64,000 nucleotides of DNA from Zootoca vivipara (taxonomy: Eukaryota). The position numbers and the translations under genes were made by a program. How positions within the stretch are numbered: the stretch's first letter is position 1; every line of letters begins with the position of its first letter. Shown here piece by piece: positions 24,101-33,594 of the stretch. The notes beneath the pieces are model-generated. The model was not told where the DNA came from and made no database searches. It worked only from the letters and a program-made list of their open reading frames with translations. Location of the stretch: the NCBI RefSeq assembly GCF_963506605.1, contig NC_083282.1, positions 47,492,001 through 47,556,000 on the forward strand, in the 5' to 3' direction.

Positions 24101-27100
24101 GTCCCAAGCAGCATGACCAACAGCCAGGCATCATGGGAACTGCAGTATAATAATAATAATAAATTATAATAAAATTTTATTTATACCCCGCCCTCCCCAG
24201 CCAAGGCCGGGCTCAGAGCAGCTAACACCAAATATAAAACAACTAGTTAAAATACAATTCAACAACAAGACTTAAATACATTAAAATTAAATTTAAAAAT
24301 TAGACAGTAGAAAGTAGAACAACATCTGGAGGGCCACAGGCTTCCCATCCTTGGTCTAGGATATTGCATTTCTTTTCTCTTGGACCAGAATAAGATCAGC
24401 TCCCTGAAGGTGTCTCCATTCTCTTTTGGTAGAGCGGTCAGGAAATGTGAGGATCCATTTGGAGGAATCCAACTCATCATATGTGGAGACTTCTTGCAGC
24501 TGCCTCCTGTCAGCAAATCCTCCGAGCAGCCCAGGTTCTGTTTCCAGGTGTGCTGCTGTTGCTGTTTGTCACTGCATGCTCCTTGTCACAGGCTGAGCTA
24601 TAGTTTGATCAAAGGGTTTCCTTCACAGGCAAAGAGCTGGCGCAAGTGTATCCACCTGAACATGGAGCTGACAGAGGTGCGGAGGCAGACTGACAGGGAC
24701 TTCATTTCTCTTCTGCATACTGTCCGCCTGGGCAGGTGAGATGCCATCCTCCCCCAGCAGAATATCTGGCTAATCTCTTGGGGTGGAAGTTCTATGTCTA
24801 GAGAGACCTAACCAAACATTTGAATGCTGATATAGCTGCTTCTGTCAAGTTGGCTGGCCTGCTCCAATACTTCCTTTAAACTCATTGCACTGTTTGAAAA
24901 TTGGGTCAAGTACTCTTTGAGGAACCATGGAGAAATGCAGGGAGGCACTGGGTTTGGAGGAATGGGGGGGAATTTAGAGGTACAGTGGTGCCTCGACTTA
25001 CGAATTTAATCCGTTCCGAAGGCAGCTTTGTAGGTTGAAAAATTCGTAAGTTGAAAAGCGCCATTGGAAACGCAATTTCCCATAGGAATGCATTGGAAAC
25101 GGAAAAATTCCTAAGTCAAAGCAACCCTATCTAAAACCGCTACAGTTTCCGTTCGGATGTCAATAAATTTGTAAGCGTGTGGCCATTTGTCCCATTTGTA
25201 AGTCTAAAAATTTGGTTTTTGAGTCGTTTGTAAGTCGAGGTACCACTGTATTGTGTTTGCTGGGGTATTCCTTTACCTGCAAGCATCCTTGGTCACATAC
25301 TAGCCATGTACAGACTTGATCTCCATGTTTAGGTGCTGGTTACGGCCTCGTGTTCTCATGGAAAGCAATTTGAATGGGCACAGTAGCAAGCTTGATAGTT
25401 CTTCATGGTCTTCAATGTTTTTCATCAGATACAAATGTCTTCTTAATTTTAATTGTCCCCATTCAGATGCACAGAGGAGGTTACCAGACAGCTAACTCTA
25501 ACAGCTACCCATCGGGTGGAGAAAGATGGAATCTTGGCTACCCGGTTATGCACCCACAAGGATGATGTGGAGCTCACAAATGCTAGAAGGCTGGATGAGT
25601 TGCCTGGTGAGAATGCTGCAATGACTCCAACTGTGACAAGTAGCCCTTTCCTTTAAGAGACAGACTTCCAACTATGAGCCGGGAACCAACACTTGGGAAC
25701 TCACCCTGCCCCTCTTTTTTCTGAATAAAACAACATGAGACCATTATAAAATTAGGCAATACATCCTACTGACACCAATAGTTACGTTTTCCAGTCCTGA
25801 TATTCTTGCCACCACTTTTTGATAGGTGGATACAAGGACACATTTATTTTATTTTATAATATTTTCTTCTGTTGCTGATATCTGGAATCCACAGAAATGG
25901 GAAACATATTATGATATGTATTGTCTGGAATTTTGGAAGTTTACAGAATTATGCTTTCGGAATAGTGTGCAGAGCCTAATACTTGGAGCTCAGCTATTGG
26001 GAAGTAACCCTTTCAAAACACATCAGGTAGGAGGGATGCAAGTTTTTTACATCTTGTTTGTCTTCTAGGAGAACGAAGAACCTTCAAGGCAGTGGATAGT
26101 GACCCTGTACTGGTGAAAACTCTTGATGCACAGTGTCCAGTAAGCAGCATCATTGAACTTAAGCAAGGTGCCCAGGTGAGCATTGCCCAAGCTAGAGGCG
26201 GTTCTTTAGTAGGCGATGGAATTTTGCTTCTTTTTTTGGGGGGGGGGGAGATTTTTATGTTATCTACTTCTCACACTAGCGCCACAGTCCTGTAATCTCC
26301 ACCTTTCCCAAGGGGTCTCACAAAAGGGGTCCCCAACCCTAGGATACTGGAGTCCTCTTGATGCAGAATATGACAGCATAAAGAGCGACAGGCAAATGCA
26401 GGCTGGATCTTATAGGAACAGGCAAGCAGAGTAATTGTAAAATGAATGGTTCTATTATATAGTTTGTTTGAGGGAGTAATGGTGGCAGTTACAGGTAATT
26501 GCTGACTGTAGCTTGGAATGTCAGCTATAGGCTTGGACACACCTGCAAGCTATTCATATGTGCTCGGTATTTTGCCTGCTGAGCAATTCAGTTTCTCCTT
26601 GCATACTATTAATACTGATTTCTCTTACAAATGCGTGGCTGGCTAGCACTGATTATAGCTTCTCAGGAATTGTTACCTGCCCTACCATGGCTAGGTTGGA
26701 CAGATCTTCACATGACAGAACCTAGAGTATCAGCTGAGTGAAATGAGACTCTTATGGACCCTAGTGGCTCCCAGTTGCTTTCTTTGAGCTGGTTGTGCAC
26801 TGCTTTCGATAACTTTTAAACCTTAAAACCGGCCATGCCAAATGCCACAGTGTCCTTGACTTTTAAGAGCTGCAACCAGCTGTTAAATATGGGTGGCAAA
26901 TCTGTGATGCTGTTTAACTGTGATTGTATTGTGACATTAAAGTTTAACTGAGGCCAGTTACCATTTTCAACACATTGTTCACTTTTTTAGACAGATTAGA
27001 CAGACAGGTTTTTCCCCTGGTCTCATATGTATGTATTTAATATTTCACTGTTTGTTTGGTTATCTACCTTGTGTGCTGCCTTCTTGAAAAGCAGGATAAA

Positions 27101-29366
27101 AGTGTATACAATGAGTAACACCCAAACAAGTATGAGGCTTTCCCTACCCGAGGAACAGGGTGGGGACATTCTTGTTTGTTTTCAGTGGCGGTTCTTGGGA
27201 CTCCACTGTTAATGCTGACTATGTACAATAAAGTCGACTGACTGGACAGGAGAAAGCTATGGCGTTTTTCTTCATTAGTAATTTTTACATTCTTTCACTA
27301 GGTGATGCTTACTAAGAATCTTGATGTGTCCCAGGGTCTTGTGAATGGGGCTCGTGGAGTTGTGATTGGATTTGAAACAGAAGGAAAAGGTTAGTTTTTG
27401 ACAGATGCACTTACCACCCATGACTGGGTGTTCTTCAGACTGTCTGAACTGCTCTTCTAGAGTCACAACAAAACTTTGGTAGGTGCCTCTGCACTGTGCC
27501 AGAGGAGGTGGATTTTTTTGAGACAGAGTTGCTGCTCTTTGCCATCCAGTTTTTTGTACATGAGCTGCTATTCTATTGGCGTCCCATTTGCAAGAACTCA
27601 AGTGGATGAGTTCTAGGCTGCCTTGCAGTATCTCCTTAAAGACAATAGATATTTGGGAGGTTACCTGCCCCTGACTCCTGGGCATAGGAGATCAAAGTTC
27701 TGACTTGGCTCTCTTTCTACAGGGCTACCGAAAGTGAGATTTCTGTGTGGCGTCACTAATGTTGTTGGGTTGGAACGATGGGTTTTAAAGGGACCAGCAG
27801 GAACTTATCTGAGTCGCCAGCAGCTGCCCCTGAAACTTGCCTGGGCCATTTCCATCCACAAGAGCCAGGTTAGTGATACATTGTGTGATATTCTGTACAA
27901 GAACTCAAGACAGTAAAAATGGTCCATAATGGGACCTCTGTAAGGAACTTGTGTTTATCTCTGTATATCTGTACTTAAAGCTCCTACCGAAGTTATTATG
28001 GTTCTGGTTGGGCCCCACATCTATGTGGGATCTGTAAGAATCTGCTTATTTGTCTTGTTTTTACTAGTTAATTATAAGTCAGTGGAATCTAGGCAGACCA
28101 ATCCTGTACACCAATCAAACTCAAGCTGTTTTCCTTGCAACATGTGTCTGTTCTAGAAACACTGGAACATCACCACCTTGCAAACAAAATTATAAAGGAT
28201 GAGGGAACTGTGGAAATGTTGTTCAGCAATGTTAATTCTTCCGATTTGCCTAATATCCATTTTGCAGAATCAAGCATCATACATAAAATATATAGGTACT
28301 TTACTGTACTGGGGGTGCAAATACTTATCAGAATAACTAGGGAGTATCTGCTTCCTGACCGTTTCTCTTTTACTACCGGTAGGGTATGTCTCTGGACTGC
28401 GTTGAGATTTCCTTGGCTCGTGTTTTTGAATTTGGCCAGGCTTATGTAGCACTTTCTCGAGCACGTAGCCTTGCAGGTCTTCGTGTTCTGGATTTTGATC
28501 CCAAGGTAGTGAGAGCCAATCCATACGTGTTGCAGTTCTACAGGCACTTGAAGAGAGAAAAATTTCTAACCCAGGTAAAGTGATAATCTGCCACTAGGCT
28601 ACCATAACCATCTGCAATGTAGACATTCTGATTTTGCGTTGTATAAACTGCAAAGGGAGGAGGGTGGGAGAAAGGAAGGGCAATATGGGAGCCTGGAACA
28701 AGGGCCACAGGTGACTAATGGCATTGCGAATTAGGGATATCTGGTCACCATTCCTCTGTAACCCTGAAATAGACACAATCTGTCTGCAGCTCTCATTGCA
28801 AAATGTATCTTCCCTTCATTTCCCTCTCCAAAAAAGAATATACTGTTACAAGTCCATACTTTATTTAAGAAAAAAGTAGCGGAAGGTCATAGTGAATCCT
28901 TGCCCCTTCCTTCCATATGGCAGAAATGTTCTCCTCCGGGGGATCAGTGGCGGAGCAAGCCGACTGGGCATCTGGGGCGGCACACGTGCCCTGTGCCCAG
29001 GGGCGGGGCCAGGCAAGCTGGGGGCAGGACGCTCCGTGGGGCCTCCGAGGAGTCTGCCTGCCTCCTCCCACTCAGCCACCCTACAGCTGAGGGAGAGGCA
29101 GTGGGCGGACCGTTTGGGGCAGCGCGGAGCCTGCAGGTGCCCAAGCCATTATGTCACTCCCAGGAGAGATGCATGGCTCAGGCACGCTGCAGGCCGCGCG
29201 GTGAGTGCCGCCTGGCCTTTTGTCACCCCCCGGGGTGGCCCACCCCCCCCACCCCTTGGGGATCATACCAAGTGTGAGTTGCTGTGTATAACTTGTTACT
29301 TTTGTTCTTTAGGCTTTGCTGCACTCCTCTATTCAAGCTAATAAAGAAAATGAAGAAGCTGCCTGA
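21190..29366 (+). CDS. PIF1: ATP-dependent 5'-3' DNA helicase PIF1, 640 aa, 12 coding exons
   Basis: Exons 21190-21756, 22510-22636, 23018-23143, 23223-23376, 24433-24547, 24629-24735, 25467-25606, 26069-26175, 27302-27389, 27723-27868, 28383-28574, 29313-29366 (TGA); 1923 nt, phases consistent. Motifs [59 protein letters not shown]. The last exon is the least certain. Confidence 0.96.
23483..23714. mobile_element. Tc1/mariner-type MITE
   Basis: Imperfect TIR CCGTGTTT../..AAACAGGG with TA flank; closely similar inverted copy at 40111-40345. Confidence 0.8.
24983..25248. mobile_element. Tc1/mariner(pogo/Tigger)-type MITE
   Basis: TIR CAGTGGTGCCTCGACTTAC ... GTAAGTCGAGGTACCACTG with TA TSD. 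Confidence 0.9.
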
Positions 29367-29912
29367 ACTTGACATCTTTTTATTCCTCCTTGTACTTTTA
29401 TTGAATCTACACCACTAAGTGGGAAACTTCTTCCATGGAGAATCAGCTTATGGATTTTCTGCACTGCAGCTCCTGATACTTCCATGATCATTCTGTTTTC
29501 TAGCAGTAGAACAACATCCTGGAAACATTTTCCACAGACAATCTATCATAGTCCAAGAGATGAACCTAAAAGCCAATTTTTTAACCAAAATCTATTATTA
29601 GGACGGCAGTAAGATTTTCTGCTATCACACCTTCAAGAAGTCTTTTAATTCAAACATCTGCATTGACAGTATTGTACCTATGGCAAGAGTTTGACACTAC
29701 TTGAATAATAAAGAATGCACTTTATTTTTAAAGGATATAAAAGTGAATGAAATTGCTGCTGTCATGTGTGTATGACATGCCAAGAGTCTGAGTTTACAAA
29801 GATGGCATACTAGTTTTCTAGGACTTGCCTGTTACTTACATTCTCTACAGAAGCCTCTTCAAATAAAATAAATAAAGCAAAGGTGCTAAATTGTAGTAAT
29901 TTGTTAAGCTAC

Positions 29913-30339
29913 TGTGAGGGGCAAGGGATATCGCGAAGCCCCTCCCCTCCTGAGTTCCAGCCCAGCCCCGAGCGAGGCTGAAAAGAGGGAAAGCTCCAGC
30001 TCAAGTGGGGAAACAGGAAGTGGTGTCCAAGGCTCTGGCAGGGTAGAAGAGCCATCGTCCCAGGTGGGACAGGAAGGGGGAAGGAAGGGGGGCAGGCCAG
30101 TCCCCCCAACTCCGGAACTTCGCAGAAAGCGTCGGGGGAAGAGGATGGGTCTCCCCAAGTTGTTATGCTGGCGCAAGACGCGCCAAAAGCCACTTGGAGG
30201 TTCTGATTCAAGCTGAACAGATGTGTCTTTGTAAATAGCACTGCCATTAGCACTGTAAATACCCAGCACCAATAAAAGACAAAATGCAGAGCTGTGTAGA
30301 GTCGTTACTCTGAAGTAGCCTTCTCCGGCCACCGTGACA
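29913..30339 (+). repeat. 5' LTR
   Basis: Starts TGTGAGGGG, ends CCGTGACA; AATAAA at 30271-30276; direct repeat of 32368-32794. Confidence 0.95.
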
Positions 30340-30379
30340 GCAACCTCCAAGTCTTTCTGGCTACTTTGGAGCGGCCGCG

Positions 30380-31455
30380 ATGAGCGCGCAAGACGCTGAG
30401 CAGTGGAGGCTGGAGGCCGAAGCCGCAGCACAGGAATTACAGAAATTACAGAACCTGACAGCGCAGGCACACCAGCAATTACTTGCCGCTCAGGAGGAAG
30501 CGTGAGGAACGCGGGAGGAGCTGAACAAGCTGGCAGAGCAGGTGAGAGCGAAAGATGAAACTGAGAAGCAACTAAGGGTGATGGTGGTGGAGTTACAGAA
30601 AAAGCTGGATGAGGAAAAAGCTGCGAGAGGTGGGGGGGTGCCCCAGCCCCAGCTAGTCCAAGTGAGGAGGGGACAGACCCTAGTCACCAAGTTTAGCGGC
30701 GACCCAAGAGAGTACCTAGGCTTTGAGACAGAAATAAATTATGCGCTGGAACTGCATGCGGCAGAATTCCCAGATGACGCGCACAGAGTCTTCTTTATCA
30801 TAGAGCATTTGACGGGGGCCGCCAGAGAATGGGTCAGACCGCTCATCGCGCAAAAAAATGATTGCATAAAGAACGCAAAACTATTCTTAGAAGCTTTAAA
30901 AATCATGTATGCGAGTGACTCTGAAATGGAAGCCACAAAAGAAGAGCTTCATAACTTAACACAAGGAAAATCGACAGTTCGGGACTACTGGGCGAGGTTC
31001 ACCATGCTAGTGCACAAACTGGGGTGGGATCTGCACAGTGAGCCAGTGAAATCAGCCTTCTACCTGGGGTTGCACTCAGACGTTAGGTCCCAAACCGCGG
31101 ACGAGAGGTCCCAAACCGCGGACTATGGATGAGTTAAGCAAAGCGGCGCTAGCGGTGGGGGTGAGACAGGAATCCAGATGGAATGACAAACAAACGACGC
31201 GCGCAGCAAAGCCTTGGTTCCCACGCTCCCAGGACAGACCACTTCACCAAACCCCACCCCAGGGCCCACCCCTAGTCCCGCCCAGACCGAGCTCAGAGCC
31301 GGAAGCGATGGAGATCGGTGGAGCGCGCGCGCGCGCGGACTTTTCAAACCCCGGCGGCGCCAAGACGCAAGGAGGGAAGAGGCGGGAATTGCTTTCTCTG
31401 CAACTCCCCCCAGCATCGCATCAGAGACTGCCCACATCGCAGGGAGTGGCAATGA
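30380..31455 (+). pseudogene. Disrupted gag (coiled coil, capsid, CCHC zinc knuckle)
   Basis: ATG 30380, in-frame TGA at 30503-30505; capsid-like KFSGDPREYLGF...HLTGAAREW...LTQGKSTVRDYWARF; frame break at an 18-bp duplication (31085-31123); EAMEIG motif; CFLCNSPQHRIRDC zinc knuckle at 31390-31431 in another frame. Confidence 0.88.
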
Positions 31456-31479
31456 AAGGCGGGAACGGTTGTGCCCTCC

Positions 31480-32671
31480 CCCACTGACGGTGCACCAGCA
31501 GCTCAGAGAACACTTGGAGAGGGCCAAAGAAGCGTACAAGAAGGGGGCAGATCGCCACAGGCGACCGGGGGAGGCCATCAGGGTGGGGGACAAGGTTTGG
31601 TTGTCCTCTGAGGGCCTTCCCACCAGAGGGAGGTGCAAGAAGTTGGCACCCAGAAGGTTGGGCCCCTTCACGGTCACGCAGCAGGTAAACCCGGTGGCAT
31701 ACAGGCTGGCACTGCCAGAGGACATGAGGGTGCACCCAGTGTTTCATAGATCGCTGCTGTCTCCGTACAGGGAAAGTAGCAGGTTCCGAGGCAGCGAACA
31801 GCCCCCCGAGGGAGGGGGGGAGAGTGGAGGCAGGGAGCCACTCAATGAAGCAACGGCCATCCTTGATTCACGAAGGGGTGTGTGGGGCCTGGAGTACCTC
31901 ATGGCATGGGAGGACGCCCCGCCATCCCAAAATGAATGGGTCCCAGCCACCCAGATACAAGAGGAATTCTTAGTGGAAGAATTCCACGCCCTCTTCCCAC
32001 ACAGGCCTAAGCCCTGGCACATGGAACGGGAGTGGGAGGAGGAGGAAGCACAGGAGGGGGAAAGCAGTTCACCATGGAGATGGGAAGCAGAGTTTGAGGA
32101 CACGGAGGAGGAGATATGGGCATCTCCGAGGTCCATTCAGTCAGGAGAAGAGGTGGACTGGCAGCAGATTTTCACCCCCACCAGCTCTGAGGCCACGGAC
32201 TTTTGGGGCTTTCCCTCTTCCCAGGAGGAAGGAGGGGGCCAACGGGACTGGGGGGAGGTGTTCACACCAACCGGCTCGGACAGCACGGAGTTTTTAGGCT
32301 TTCAGTCACCACCGACACCCGTGCAGCCTCTAGGGAGGGGAGAAGGGGGGCCTGGGAGGGGGGTGGATGTGAGGGGCAAGGGATATCGCGAAGCCCCTCC
32401 CCTCCTGAGTTCCAGCCCAGCCCCGAGCGAGGCTGAAAAGAGGGAAAGCTCCAGCTCAAGTGGGGAAACAGGAAGTGGTGTCCAAGGCTCTGGCAGGGTA
32501 GAAGAGCCATCGTCCCAGGTGGGACAGGAAGGGGGAAGGAAGGGGGGCAGGCCAGTCCCCCCAACTCTGGAACTTCGCAGAAAGCGTCGGGGGAAGAGGA
32601 TGGGTCTCCCCAAGTTGTTATGCTGGCGCAAGACGCGCCAAAAGCCACTTGGAGGTTCTGATTCAAGCTGA
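31480..32671 (+). pseudogene. Remnant of pol 3' end: integrase GPY/F region, chromodomain and acidic extension running into the 3' LTR
   Basis: VGDKVWLS...KKLAPRRLGPFTV...AYRLALP..MRVHPVFHRSLLSPY, then ILDSRR..LEYLMAW....SQNEWVP (chromodomain); frame stays open to TGA at 32669-32671. Confidence 0.88.
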
Positions 32672-32794
32672 ACAGATGTGTCTTTGTAAATAGCACTGCC
32701 ATTAGCACTGTAAATACCCAGCACCAATAAAAGACAAAATGCAGAGCTGTGTAGAGTCATTGCTCTGAAGTAGCCTTCTCCGGCCACCGTGACA
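32368..32794 (+). repeat. 3' LTR
   Basis: Direct repeat of 29913-30339, preceded by a G/A-rich polypurine tract and followed by TSD GCTAC. Confidence 0.95.
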
Positions 32795-33594
32795 GCTACC
32801 TATATGCATGTTGCCAATTTAGGAGCCAGAAACTGCTTCCCAAGTTAACATGGTTCAGTTAAGATTCAGATTTTGAGAAGTGCATTGAATCTATGTTTGA
32901 AGTAATAATTACTTAAGGTGCTAGTTATGTTATGTTACAAAGTATGCTTTCTATCCCCAGTCCTACCAGTTTATGGCAAGTACTGCTAGTACTGTTAGTG
33001 GTAGATGGGCATTTCTTCCAAGAAGATATACTGCACCATGAAGCATTGCTTAATAGTAACATTCCTAAACATGGTATAAGTTAACTTTGACTAGTTTCTT
33101 TCATGGTTTCTATAGCTTCTCAAAACCTATTGAAAGTAACCCCTGGTGAGCATATGATTACAGCTTTTCAACTGGTATTTTTGTAGTCCATATTTTTTAT
33201 ATATATTTTAAAATAATGGTTATTACAAAATAATTTGACTATTCTGTGACTCGGGAATGATATCCAACATCACTTATTTTACTGGCCACAATGATCTGTA
33301 GACCAAGGTAAAGATTAACACTCAACGCCATCTCTGAGCTGCTACATAGCAACTGGCCAAATAAGTAGCAGCTGTCATGGAGTAGTAAGACCAGACACCA
33401 GTGTACATATAGTATTAATACAAAACAATTATCATACTCATTAGCCAAGGTGTAAAAGAGCAGGTCAGGCTGCTTAAACCCCATGCTACGATGAGGGGGA
33501 TCATGGCTGAGCTAAGCTCAGCAAGCTTGTTTAGTCTTCCCTCATGTTATGAGAGTACATAGTTCATTACTGGGCAGCACAGAATCCAGTTTCC

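Larger units (their letters stand above)
29913..32794 (+). mobile_element. Internally deleted (non-autonomous) Ty3/Gypsy chromovirus-type LTR retrotransposon
   Basis: TG...CA LTRs 29913-30339 and 32368-32794 (427 bp each, 3 mismatches by eye); 5-bp TSD GCTAC (29908-29912 / 32795-32799); polypurine tract before 3' LTR; gag, integrase C-terminal GPF region and chromodomain present; no protease, RT, RNase H or integrase core. Confidence 0.95.

Noticed and set aside
29904-30470. Antisense 188-aa ORF over the LTR (and 161-aa copy at 32302-32787)
   Set aside because: Low-complexity mirror of the G/A-rich plus frame, with non-ATG or differing starts and no recognisable domain.
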